From the human T2T-CHM13v2.0 reference genome, Homo sapiens: DNA of 64,000 nt. Under the pieces are notes generated by a model that did not search any database, was not told where the DNA came from, and saw only the letters and a list, made by a program, of their open reading frames with translations. The translations under genes and the position numbers were made by a program. The stretch is taken from the NCBI RefSeq assembly GCF_009914755.1, contig NC_060930.1; one strand, 5' to 3'. Positions 40,150 to 53,569 of the stretch are shown here, piece after piece; within the stretch, counting starts at the first letter, position 1; each line of letters opens with the position of its first letter.

Positions 40150-41790
40150 CTTTTCATTTGTTTTTGTTTCTTATTATTTTTAATTTTTGCAGGTACATAG
40201 TAAGTGTATATATTTATAGAGCATATGGAATATTTTGATACCAGCATAGAATGCATAATAATCACATCGGGTAAATGGGGTATCCATCACCTCAAGCATT
40301 TATCCTTTCTTTGTGTTGTAGACAATCCAATAATAGTTATTTTTAAATGTGTTATTTAAAAATTATTATTGACTGTAGTCACCCTGTTGTGCTATCAAAT
40401 ACTAGAGCTTATTCATTCTATCTAATTATATTTTTGTACCCATTAACCATCCCCACTCCACCCACCACTCTCAGCCTCTGATAACCATCATTCTGTTCTC
40501 TATCTCCATGAGTTTAATTGTTTTATTTTTCAGCTCCCACAAATAAGTGAAAACGTGTGATGTTTGTCATTCTGTGCCTGGCTTATTTCACTTAACATAA
40601 TGACCTCCAGTTCCATCCATATTGTTGCAAATGACAGGATTTCATTCTTTTTTGTGGCTGAGCAGCACTCCCTTGAGTATATGTACCACATTTTCTTATC
40701 CATTCATCTGTTGATGGACATTTAGGTTGCTTCCCTATCTTATGAATAGTGCTACTGTTATGGATAGTGCTACAATCTATGTGGGAGTGCAGATATCTCT
40801 TCGATAAACTGATTTCCTTTCTTTTGGGTATTTACCCAGCCGCAGGATTGCTGAATCATATGGCAGTTTTATTTTAGTTTTTTTGAGGAACCTCCATACT
40901 TTTTTCCATAGTGGCTGCACTCATGTACATTCCCACCAACAGCATCTAAATGTTCCCTTTTCTCCACATCCTCATCAGCATTTGTTATTGCCTGACTTTG
41001 AAATAAAAGCCATTTTAAAACTGGCATGAAATGACATCTCATTGTAGTTTTGATCGCATTTCTCTGATGATCAGTGATTTTGAGCACCTTTTAATGTACC
41101 TGTTTGCCATTTGTATGTCTTCTTTTGAGAATTGTCTATTCAGATCTTTAGCCCATTTTAAATCAGATTATTAAACTTTTTCCTATAGAGTTGCTTGAGC
41201 TCCTTATATATTTTGGTGATTACTCCCTTGTCAGATGGAAAGTTTGCAGATATTTTCTCTCATTCTGTGGGTTGTCTCTTCACTTTGTTGTTTGTTACAT
41301 TTGCTGTGCAGAAGCTTTTTAACTTGATGTGATCTCATTTGTCCATTTTTTGCTGTGGTTGCCTATGCTTGTGGTGTATTACTCAAGAAATCTTTGCCCA
41401 GAATAATGTTCTGGAGATATTCCCCTACATTTTCTTGTAGGAATTTCATAGTTTGAAGTCTCAGATTTAAGTCTTTAATCCATTTTGATTTGATTTTTGT
41501 ATATGGTGAGAGATAGGGGTCTAGTTTAATTCTTTTGCCTATGGATATCCAGTTTTCCCAGCACCATTTATTAAAGAGAATGTTCTTTCACCAGTGTATG
41601 TTCTTGGCATCTGTGTCAAAATTGGGTTCACTGAAGGTATATGAATTTATTTCTGGGTTGTCTATTCTGTTCCATTGGTCTATGTGTCTGACTTTATGCC
41701 AGTACAATACTGTTTTGCTTACTATAGCTCTGTAGTATAATTGGAAATCGAGTAATGTGATTCCTCCAGTTTTGTTCTTTTTGCTTACAT
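40150..41790 (-). mobile_element. 5'-truncated L1MA2/3-like LINE-1
   Basis: Antisense L1MA 3'UTR (GGGTATCCATCACCTCAAGCATTTATC) and ORF2 end; ORF 41588-41833 reads KNKTGGITLLDFQLYYRA. TSD CCAGAATAATG at 40139-40149 and 41791-41801. Confidence 0.9.
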
Positions 41791-42228
41791 CCAGAATAAT
41801 GTTTATAAAATATCTGGGCACCACCAGACACACTAAAATTAATGATCACAGTATACTAAATTTGGAATATAATAATTTATATTAGGTCTTTGTCATTATA
41901 GAAAAAATTTACTGAAATGAACAATTTTGGAGGAAGTATAAATTACCAAATAAAAGCAAGAAGAAATAGGAAACAAAAATCTAACAATGTCCATGAAGAA
42001 AAATTTTTTAATATTTCAAATAATTACTTCAAAAACTAGTCCTAGGATTTACCAGTGATTTATTTCATGTTTAAGAAACTGAAAATTTATTTGCCATTTG
42101 TTTTTAGAATATTAAAAATTACAGAAAGTTATATAATGTGTCTTATAAAACCAACATAAATCTGAGGCCAAAATCTGACATAGAGAGCAAAAGAGGACAT
42201 TCCAATACCTGTGAGGATAATCAGAATT

Positions 42229-42245
42229 TTCTCTCTCTCTCTCTC

Positions 42246-42282
<37 letters not shown>
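42229..42282. repeat. (TC)n(TG)n compound microsatellite
   Basis: Directly visible. Confidence 0.95.
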
Positions 42283-42285
<3 letters not shown>

Positions 42286-42436
42286 CCTAGTTTGAAAAAG
42301 TTTTTTCATTCAGGAGATTCCTCTATATATTTATTATCACAATTAATGTGTTCCTGCCTTGTGAACAGTGGTTTAGAAATATAAATATATATTCAAAACC
42401 TCAAAATACTAATAAATAAGATTTAAAAGTATTTTC

Positions 42437-44090
42437 AGGCTTCCACTTCTTTCTAAGAGTGACTAATAAGCACTGGATTTACTGTCCAACCTGAAACAAT
42501 TGAAAAAACAGAAAAAAAAAAAAAAAAGAAACAATGGCTTTCAAGACACTGGACATCAGCCAGTGAAGACCAGTGTTTTAGTTTGGTAGGGCTGCTATGT
42601 CAAAATACCACAAAATTGGTGGCTTAAGTAACAAAAATGTGTTATCTCCCATTTCTGGAGACTAGAAATCCAAGATCAGGTTGTCGGCAAGGTTGCTTCC
42701 TCTGAGGACTGTGAGAAAGACTCTGCCCCATGCCTCTCACCTAGCCTCTGGTGCTTTGCTGGCAATCTTTGGTGCTCACTGATTTCTAGGAGCATCACTC
42801 TGATCTCTGCTTTCATCTTCATATGATGTTCTCTGTATGCGTCTGTCTCCAAATGTCTCTTTTTTTTTTTTAAAGAACATCCATCATATTGGATTAGAAG
42901 CCCAAGCTACGCTAGCATGACCTTGTTTTAACTGAACTAATTAGTACTGCAACAATCCTATTTCTAAATAAGGTCACATTGTGAACTATAGGGGTTAGAA
43001 CTGCAACAAAAGAATGTTAGGGGACACAATTCAACCCATAATTGATAGTGATCCCTGTGGATTGAGACATTAACTAAAGAAGTCCTATGATGGCTCCAAG
43101 TTACTTCCTGAAGAGAATTTCCTTCTCACAGAGCAGAAAGAGAAAACCTAAGTGAAGGTCAGTGATCTCCCTGACTTGAGACAAAGCTGGAAGTCCACGT
43201 GGGCCAAGGTGGCTAGAGTGGTCAGGACAGAGTCTTAGAAAGGAGACAGTAGCAGAAAGAGGAAACTCCAGAGCTTCCTCTGAGTTTTCAGCTGAGCGCC
43301 GATCAAGGTATGGGTGTGAGGAAAGTACCCCAGGCCACAGAAAGAACCATTCTGAATGACTGAAGGAAACAGTTCTTGAAGATCTCACAGGGTCAGGAAT
43401 TGTTCCTCTTCCCATCAGCCAGAGGAGAAAGCCTTCATACATGGAGCACTGGTTAAAGTACCTAGAAGTGTTTTTCCTTAGTGATGGGGAAAGATTAGCC
43501 TTAAACTAAACACTGCTGTGACCCCACCTAACAATGCTTTAAAGCAGAACCTAAATGGCTCAAACATTTTATAAGTAACTTCTTTAAATCTCAGAACAAA
43601 GCTCAAGAATATTTATAGAAATACAGAAACATATAGCACCCAAAGAGGCAAAATTGACCAGATCTAGCATCCAATAAAAAAAATTACCATGCATGCAAAA
43701 AAGCAGGAGAATCCAACCCACAATTAGGAGAAAAATCAATTGATACCAACCCAGAATGACACTGATGATAAAATTAGTAGACAAAGACATTAAAACAATT
43801 ATTATAACTAAATTCCATATATTCCAAAAATAACAGGAAGATTTCACATGTTATACAGACATGTGAAAAACCTAAGGATCTAAATTGAACTTCTACAGTG
43901 AAAAACTACAATGACTAATTATTAAAAATAACATTTATGGGATTAATGGCAAATTAGACTTTGCAGAAAATAAGATAAGCAGACATAAATCATAGAAACT
44001 ATAAAAAATGAAGCATGGAGAGTAACAAACTAAAAATATATTTGAAGAAATAATGGTCCAAACTTTTCAATTTTGACAAAACTATTAATA
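42437..44090 (+). mobile_element. L1MD/MC-type 5'UTR and ORF1 remnant split by MLT1C
   Basis: GGCTTCCACTTC start and TTCAAGACACTGGACATCAG..AGTGATCCCTG, followed by ORF1-like A-rich sequence. Confidence 0.6.
42574..43043 (-). mobile_element. MLT1C-like solo LTR
   Basis: AGGGCTGCTAT..AAAATACCACAAA..GGTGGCTTAA start and AAATAAGGTCACATT..GGGGACACAATTCAACCCATAA end. Confidence 0.88.
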
Positions 44091-44094
44091 TTCT

Positions 44095-45235
44095 AAAAGA
44101 AAACATAGGAGATTTCTTAATTAGGACACAAAAAATGTAGTCCATACAAGAAAAAAGAAATAGATTGGACTTTCTAAAAATTAAAAACTTATGTTATTTG
44201 AAAGGAACTATTAGGAGAATGAAAAGAAAAGCCACTGACTGGGAGAAAATATTTGCAAATCACATATTGGATAAAGGAATTGTATCAAGAATATATAAAC
44301 ACCAAACTGGGAAAAAGGTCCTTGCAAACCAAAAATCTGATAAACAGTTAATATCTAAAATTTATAAAGAACTCTTACAACCTCAATAGCAGAAAAACAA
44401 ATAACTCGATTTAAAAGTGGGCAAAGGACCTGACTAGACATTTCTCCAAAGAATACATAAAAATGGCCCGCGAGTAAATGAAAAAGTGTGCAACATCACT
44501 AATCATGAAGGAAATGCAAATTAAAACCACTGTGAGATATCACCCTGTATCCTTAAGGATAGCTATTATCAAAAGGTCAAAAGATAAATGTTGGTGTGGG
44601 TGTGGAGAAAAAGGAACCCTAGTACACTGATAGGAGGAATGTAGATTGGTACAGCCATTATGGGAAACGGTATGGAGGTTCTTAAAGAAATTTAAAATAG
44701 AGCGACCATATGACCCAGAAATCCCTCTCTGAGTATACACGAAGGAGATGAAATCACTACCTCATAAAGACATCTGCACTCCCATGTTCATTGCAGCATT
44801 ATTCACAATAGCTGAGATATGGAAACAATCTAAATGGCCATCAATGGATGAATGGATAAAGACAATGTGAGGCATATTTACCACAACATGAACGGACCTG
44901 GGGGATGTTAAGCTAAGTGAAGTAAGCCAAACACAGAAAGGAAAATATTGCATGATCTCACTTATATGTGGAATTAAACGAAAACAGAGAGCTCAAATAC
45001 ACAGAGATAGAAGATGAAACAGTGGCTACCATGGTGGGCAGAGGAGAGAGGAAATGGGAAGATTATAGGTCAAAGGGTACAAAATAGCAGACACGTAGGA
45101 TAAAGAAGTCGAGATCTAACGTATAACATAAGGACTAAAGTTAACAAAATTGTATTGTATTAAAGATTTTTGTTAAGCAAGTATATTTTAGCAGCTCTTG
45201 TCACAAAAAAGTATGTGAGATGGTAGATATGTTGA
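44095..45235 (+). mobile_element. L1MA5-like 3' region preceded by an older L1M ORF2 piece
   Basis: ORF 44165-44389 reads RMKRKATDWEKIFANHILDKG. 3'UTR GGTCAAAGGGTACAAAATAGCAGA..GCTCTTGTCACAAAAAA. Confidence 0.75.
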
Positions 45236-47051
45236 CAGCAAATCTACATATAGACACCATTAGCTTTCCTAGCACAAATAAAAACAGAACTATATGATGA
45301 TCTCAGTATATGTTAAAAAGCATGAAACATTTAATAAAAGTCAAAAGCTATTCTTTAATTTAAAAAACTCTTAGAAATTAGTAAAAAGAAAAAAAGAAAC
45401 ATTAACATCAGAAAGACTATCAGACAACATATTCCCTGCTAGTGAAACACTAACCATCTTTCATTAAAATAAGTAGGACAAAGATGCCATCATTTACACC
45501 AGTACTGGAGCTAAAAGGCGTCCCTCTTGGAAAGATAGATAAATAGACTCTGCTGTTTGGAATACCCTGAGTTATGAATAAAATGGTCTTCAGAAGCTGC
45601 TCAGAATGCCTTCCTGAACTATTCCATTTTATTCTTCGTGCTATCAACTAAGCATAATGCTTCCTTTGACTATGAGTTGTGAGTCATTTTCCATTCATGC
45701 TCTAAATCTTTGGAACTAATAATGATTTTCTATACATCAGTAAGTACACATTGATTTGCTTCTCTTCCCCAGATGGGGAGGTTGTATTGAGTTGGTCCAT
45801 GTAACAGGAGTCCCATGTCCCTGGGACAGAGACAGAAATGCCTCTCGGTCTCCTGAGGCTGTAGTTGTTCGGATTAAAGGAGGAAAGAAGGAAGTATCAG
45901 GCTGAATCCTGGCTAAGGATGGAATCCTGGGAAGCATGACTGAGTGTTCTTTACATCTGGGAAGGCCTGGAGTTGTTCTTTCAACTAGGAAGAGCCAGGT
46001 GAAAGAGATAAGAGGGATGATCACTAAAGGAATGTTGTTTGCTCAGATGGAATCTAATCCAAGGCCAATTATTTGAGCAAAACAGTTCCAAATTCACTCA
46101 GAAAGCTTCCTGTTATAACACGTTTACATTCATCTCAGGTATGCTCAGGGTTCATAAGTTCATTGCTTATCCATATTAAAATATTGCAGGGAGTGTGAGT
46201 GACCACCAGAAAAGTTAACTAAAGGAATATATCAGCTACTCTGATGGACAATTTGAAAACAAGAAGAAAAATATGCACTATTAATCAATGTTTTCAGAAG
46301 TATCTAATTTAGTCTGGCAGCAGAACAAGGGAATTCAAAAGAAAAATGGAATTTTGTTGGAGGGGGTCAAAGTAGAAATGTTTCTTAAGTGTTACAGTGT
46401 GAAAACAGAGAAATGTTAAACTTGATGCTGTCATACAAATAACTTTGACCTCAAAAAGCCAGAAACTTTGAAGAAATCTTGATGAGTCCTACAGATTCTA
46501 TCATCACCTACATATAGATCTCGATGCCAAATCTCAAGGCAGGGTACCCAGCAGAGAGCTTCTGGGACATGTGTCCACTGGGGCTGCAGCAAAGTTTGTG
46601 TTACATAACACTGCTGGGGAGATTAAGCACACAGCGAGGAGGGTAGCAGAACTGTAGTCACTGCTGTGAATACTCTCCATTAATCAATCGATCAACCCAC
46701 AGGTAGATCCCGAGCACCTCACCTGTGTACAGGAACCAGACTTGCACAAGTTCGCCAAAGTGTTTCACAGAAAAACCTAAAACCAGCTTTGGCTTATGAG
46801 TTTGGACAGCAAAGGGCGAGAAAAAGAAAATTGTTGGGAAGAGGCAGAGTTACCAATAGAAATAATTACCCCAGCCTCTAACAGAAAAATAACCCTTATA
46901 TGCAACTTGTGTAGGAAGTATTTAGGATTCAATATTGTAAATAGAAATCACCATGTAAATTCAAATGCAAAGAAAAATATTAATTTATTTTATTATACAA
47001 TCGGGTCATTCTACATGTGCAAGACACAACGCAGTTTTATACTCTGTATAA

Positions 47052-47308
<257 letters not shown>

Positions 47309-47879
47309 ACAAATATTTTTAAAGACCTAGAATTTGGCCTGACTTTCTGTATAATGTGATATTTTCTAGCTCTGTCTTTAAATGGAATTAAACTTCTTAG
47401 GGATGTTTGATTTAGCTCTGAGCAGATTTGTTATAACTCTGAGGATTTTTTCTAGCTGATTTTTCTTAAGTTCTCATGTTGAGGGTTCCTGTGAACTCAA
47501 AGGCCCAAACTCTGTTCAAATACACACCAAGGGAAATCTTGCCACTGATGACACAGTAAGTAAAAGGTGCCAAGGGAGAGATTCTGGCTAAGACTATTTC
47601 TTCTGTGAGAGAGGACAGAGTCTGTGTCAGTTATGATGGCAACTGTTGGATAAAAAGCAACACTTTTACAACAGAAATCTTTTTTTAAACAATCAAATGT
47701 CATGGCTGCCTGCACTTTCTGTATGTGTTGTGAGCAGTCATCTAATTCCAAAACAGCCCTAAGCGTATGTCAAATCAGTCTACAAGTTTCCTACCTGTCT
47801 TCATTAGGTTTTTCTGATTTGTCTTTGAATTTGCTGGAAACTCAATATGGGAAAGAAATTGTGTAGGACATCTTTTAAT

Positions 47880-48880
47880 TTTTTATTCCTTGGCTCACAC
47901 CCTCTGTCACTGCAGCCACCACTTTTACTCAGGTGAGGCTTGACAGTCCCTTGTCTCAGCTGCACAGAGCATCTCTTTTTTCCAACCTTGGGGTTCCTCT
48001 GCCACTATCTGTGTGTCTCCTGTAAACTTGCTATGATGGTTAATACTGCGTGTCAACTTGATTGGACTGAAGGATACAAAGTATTGATCCTAGGTGTGTC
48101 TGTGAGGGTGTTGCCAAAGGAGATTAACATTTGAGTCAGTGGGCTCGGAAAGGCAGACCCAACCTTAACCCGTGTGGTCACGATCTAATCAGCTGCCAGT
48201 CCAGCTAGAATATAAACAGGCAGAAAAATGTGAAAGGAAAGACTGGCCTAGCCCCCCAGCCTATGTCCTTCTCCCATGCTGGATGCTTCCTGCCCTCGAA
48301 CATCGGACTCCAAGTTCGTCAGTTTGGGAACTCGGACTGGCTCTTCTTGCTCTTCAGCCTGCAGACGGCCTATTGTGGGACCTTGTGATTGTGTGAGTTA
48401 ATACTTAATAAACTCCCATATATATATATGTGTGTGTGTGTGTATACACATATATATACATACACATACACATATATTATATATATATATGTATTGCATT
48501 GGTTCTGTACCGCTAGAGAACCCTGACTTGCCCAGACATTCTCACACAGGTGCAAAATGGAAGGGCAAAGACATACTTAACATACTTGGATGGGTGACCA
48601 TTGACTAATGTAGGACAGTAACTGATTGATAAATTTTCCTCTCTTGAGAACTCCTTGTCTCAGGCAGGCAGTTCTGTGGCTTTGTCTGCATGCTTCCTTA
48701 GAGTTTACAGGCAGAGCTGTGTTCAACATTTGTAGCCTTGGAGTGGTTTTCCTTCCTTCTCTGTCTCAAACTTCCCTTCTCTCACTTCTATTCCCTGGGA
48801 TTTCTTCCCAAAATAAACTACCTGTACATACACAAGGTCTCTTCTCAGGTTCTGCTTTTAGGGGAATTAAGAGAGCAACT
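47880..48880 (+). mobile_element. LTR16-family LTR remnant hosting the MLT2A LTR
   Basis: TTCCCTGGGATTTCTTCCCAAAATAAACTACCTG..CTCAGGTTCTGCTTTTAGGGGAA is a typical LTR16 3' end. Confidence 0.6.
48032..48528 (+). mobile_element. MLT2A1/A2 (HERV-L) solo LTR with internal TA/TG microsatellite
   Basis: TATGATGGTTAATACTGCGTGTCAACTTGATTGG start and CTAGAGAACCCTGAC end (terminal TAATACA lost). CTTGC on both sides (48027-48031, 48527-48531). Confidence 0.9.
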
Positions 48881-50782
48881 AAGTATTTTAGTAGCTATTT
48901 GGTTGTTTTAATATGCCTTTGTGACAAACCAGTAGGTCATACAAGTATGACCTACTGGTTTGTCGATGGCTCGGTACAGTGGCTCACTCCTGTAATCCTA
49001 GCATATTTCAAGATGGCTATTCAGAGGGCTGGAAATACAAGAATGGCTGAAAAGCGTTCACAGACAGCAACAAACAGGAGTTGTGGGTGTTTCCAACAAA
49101 AAAACAAACTTGGGTTACTTGAAGCCACTAAATTTGTGGTAATCTGTTTCAGCAGCAATAGGAGACTAATACACCAGCCTGGCCCCAGTCCCCAGATGAT
49201 ACACACGGCTGTTGGCTAGTAGAATTCCAGTGGTATTTTATGTTTTTAACAGTTTTGAAAAGCATGTTTTTTATATGAAGCATCTTTTCCACCCTGTTTC
49301 CTCCACATCTCAAATGTCCTTGTCCAATTAAATGCAAGCTGTCATAATAAAGAAAAACAGTTTGAAATCTTTAAGATTCCCAGTCAAAAGAGAGACTCAT
49401 AATTATATATAAGTGAATGCAGAATCTATTCTAATGGAAAGATTTGGAGATTTCATACACACATGCACATACATATCTATGTATACACATACAAATCAAT
49501 ATATATTCCAGTACATGTAGTACATATTAGAGAATACGAACATATATGCATATGCATGCTTTAGTTTGTATGTGTATATGTGTATATATATGTATATTTG
49601 TGTACATCTATTTGTATATCTGTATCTATATATCTTCAACTAAGAGGAAAAAAGCCAAGCCAAAGATAATCAACTTCCATATAGCGCCATGCTACCAATA
49701 ACTTTTTTTCAAATACTATTTCTAGAAGGCAATTTGTCAGTACCTATTAAATATGAAAATGTGTACCTCTTCTGGCCTAACAATTCACTGTTCAGGAATT
49801 TAATCTAAAGAAATACTTTAAAAAATGTGTAAAGATATATGTATATATTTAATATTAATTGCAGTATGTTGTTTTCTAAAAAATAAAATGAAACATATCT
49901 GTCATTATTTAAATAGGTTTTAGTTTATTCATTAAATGCAAAGAGTGAGATTAGGATGTATGGGCACCAAAGCATATCCATGAAATATTGGGTGAAAAAA
50001 GGAAGTTTTAGATTAAAATATAGAAGATAAACCATAAAAATACATGCATTTTGATGTAAAGGTTTTCTTAGGAGCATAATTACTTTAAATATATATATAT
50101 TTAAAACACAAAGAGATGGTGCTATCATCAAGATCAGAAGACAAAAAAACTTAAGTCAGTGGATTTTAGTTTCCATTTCCAGAGTTAAAGTCATATACAT
50201 GCTGTACTCTATTTCTCTGTATGTATGTTTTTTTCTCTCTCTTTTCTAAAGGAGAGAAAATATAGATCTTTTTGCATTGTGGAGTTTGGGAAACGGTTAA
50301 GTCTCTGAGTACTTCTGAGCATTTTAATCTGTTGATCTCACCAAAGGTCATCAATTAATGCTTTTTATTTATAAATAACTTCTGTTCTTTGTTTTTGAGC
50401 TCAAAATTTAAGAATAAAATCAAACTTTTTTGAGGAGGTTGGGATTCAAAGTGTTAAGGACTTTTACTAAGTAAATGATTATTTGTTTCTTTTTCCATTT
50501 TAAGTGAGTTTCCATTTATAGGTGAATTACTTCCTTATGCAAGCCAGCTTTTAAAGCAACTATTTAAACGAAAATAGATAAATAAAATTTTTGAATTTTT
50601 TTTCCAGAAAGAAAAGAGGAAACATGAATGGAGTTATACTGTGTGCCAGCCTTTGTCCTAGTGACTTAAAAATGGTATAACATTTAATGTTCATGAATGC
50701 CTATTGAGCTGGAATCATTTCTTAGATCTTTCCGAGGAGACACAGGGTCCATGAAGCACAGGGTCACTTTGCCACACATTCA

Positions 50783-50981
50783 TTTTTTTAATTTTAATTA
50801 ATTAATTAATTAATTAATTAATTAATTAATTTTGAGGCAGAGTTTCACTCTGTTGCCCAGGCTGGAGTGCAGCGGTGTGATCTCGGCTCACTGAAACCTC
50901 TACCTCCCAGGTTCAAGCGATTCTCCTGCCCCAGCCTCCTGAGCAGCTGGGACTACAGGCACCTGGCACCACACTCAGGTA
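50783..50981 (-). mobile_element. AluS right arm with (TTAA)9 tail
   Basis: Antisense right monomer; ACATTCA on both flanks. Confidence 0.88.
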
Positions 50982-51892
50982 AACATTCAGACATAGAACT
51001 CATTACTCTTTTCTGTAACATGGAACATAAAATATTCTATGGTTTTATGTAGGCTATTAGTGGAATTATTTTTCTTAAGCCTATGTTGGCTAAACCCGAT
51101 CACTTATCTTGGGCAAGTCCTGTTGGTAATGTACTAACACAGAAAGTGCAGCTATTTAGAACATCTAAAATGATAACTTATGAAACTGTATTGCTCTAAA
51201 AAAGAAGAGGATAATTTAAAATGTATACCTTGAACATTTTTCTCTTGAAGACTATTATTAGACATTTAATCTTAGATGCTAGGAGATTAGAGCTTTCTAT
51301 ATCTTTTTGCCAAATCTATATCTGTCAAAATCTGACTTTAGGCATATACCATTAACATAAATTGATATTTTTGGACAAAGCTTACATTATAACAGATCTT
51401 TCTAATACTAAGTAAGCCTCCAGATATTTTGCTGTTTAGTTTGGATCTTACATTTGTTCTGTAGTTGGATAAATACATACCTGAAATTTAGCAAGGAGTA
51501 TGTAAACACTTGATAATATTATTAGTGTGATATGAATAATAGCATTGCTCCTTCTGTAAGAACTAAATGCCCACATTTATCAGAGTTACTACCTAATATT
51601 AGAGCTAGAATCACCTAAAGAGATTAAACAACAGGAGAAAAAAACCCTGCTCTCAAGGATTTCACAGTTTGGTGGGAGAAAACCTTTTCCATTAAAACAG
51701 CACCCTACTTCAGTGCCTAGTATATGCTAGGTGTTATTGGGGTTACCTTCAAATTTGCTCATTTGGTCTTCATAATAACCTGCCTTTGGAGGGGGATTTT
51801 CCTCCCCCAAGAATGTGCTTGCTTTTTGGTCCTTTGGAAACTCCTATTCATCCTTCAGAATTTGTTGAGATAGCTTCTTTATGAATTCTTTT

Positions 51893-52029
51893 GGCCAGGT
51901 GCTGTGACTCGCTCCTGTAATCTCAGCTACTGGGGAGGCTGAGATGGGACGATCATTTGAGCCCAGGCATTTGAGACCAGCCTGAGCCACATAGCAAGAC
52001 CCTGCCTCTAAAAAAGTAAAATAAAATAA
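51893..52029 (+). mobile_element. FLAM_C / free left Alu monomer
   Basis: Single monomer with A tail, ATGAATTCT on both flanks, inside an L2 remnant. Confidence 0.85.
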
Positions 52030-53040
52030 ATGAATTCTACCTTGGCCTGCCTCCTCTCAGCTGTCCCCTATAGGATTAATCTTCCCATCTCTTAATGATT
52101 TCTGCATATATTTCTATAACAGAAATCACCTTGAGCTGAAATTTCATGGTTATCTCTCTGTGACACAACAGTGAGATCCTTTGAGGAAGAGGATTTTGTC
52201 CTATTTTGCTCATTCAAGTCAACCCCAACACTGTTCTACTGGATGATCCATTCAAATCTTGAAAGGCGAACGTCTCCCCCTCACGGACAGTACCGGAATT
52301 CAACAAGTGAAAGTTCAATTTTATTCTAGGAAGCTTCTCTAGTGAGGCAGATTTGCCAGTGTCTGTATCTTTGTCAATCTTCACGGCAATCTTCTGAAGT
52401 CATCCCTTTGCTTTCTTGCATCCTCCACTAGACAGTTGGGTGAGAGATGACTCTTATTTGATTCTCTCTCTATCTAAATAGTAACTGAAGCCTGTGGACA
52501 GTCTATAAGTGTTTACCAAAATAAATCCTCCTTACCCTACTCCATTTTTTAAAAATCAACTTTATTTAGGCATAATCTACATACAATAAAATCCACACAT
52601 TTCACACGCACCGGTTGATGACTCAATAAATATATACTTCTGTACATTCATTACTCAAATCAAAATATAAAATACTTCCATTTCCCCAGGAAATTCCCTC
52701 ATGCCCTTTTGTAGTTAATCTCCCCCATTCAGCTGCCACTCCAGAGATGAGAATCTCCTTTTGTTGCAGTAGTATAGTTTTGCCTATTCTACATATTCAT
52801 GAAAAATTGAATCTCATGATATGTACTCTTTTGTGTCTGGCTTCTTTTATTCAATTCGATGTCTGTGAGGTTCATCTATGTTTTGCAAAAGGAAGTAATG
52901 TATTCTTTTTTACTGCTGAATAGTATTTTACTGTCTGAATATATGACAGTTTCTTTAACCATTCACCCATTAATGACATTTGAATTGTACCCAGCTTGGC
53001 TACTATGAACAAAGATGCCATGAGTATTCATGTACAAGTT

Positions 53041-53385
<345 letters not shown>

Positions 53386-53569
53386 TCATGTACAAGTTTT
53401 TTAAAAATGGATATTTGTAACTTTTCTCTTGGGCAAATACCTGCCAGTTAGTAACTTAATATGGTAACTATATGTTTAATTTTATATGAATATGAAACTG
53501 CAACGTGTTTTAAACATATCTGCAGTATTTTACACTCCCATCAGCAATGTAGAAGTTTCAGAAGCTCAC

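Larger units (their letters stand above)
39308..41850 (-). mobile_element. MLT2 (B/C-type, ERVL) LTR split by three insertions
   Basis: Pieces at 39308-39357, 39693-40149 and 41791-41850 follow MLT2 order (GAGATTTATTATAAG..GGCCTGAGAACC..AGGCCCACCCACATT..AAATTAATGATCACA). TSD TTATA/GTATA. Confidence 0.8.

Noticed and set aside
48626-49219. 197-aa ORF
   Set aside because: Runs across LTR16, Alu and MLT1 fragments and begins at a non-ATG codon.
51793-51802. GGGATTTTCC NF-kB-like site in an imperfect hairpin
   Set aside because: A single 10-mer among MIR/L2 remnants is expected by chance.
52215-52440. Protein-like open frame on minus and AG..GT exon-like signals on plus
   Set aside because: No start codon, and the region reads as decayed L2 3' sequence.
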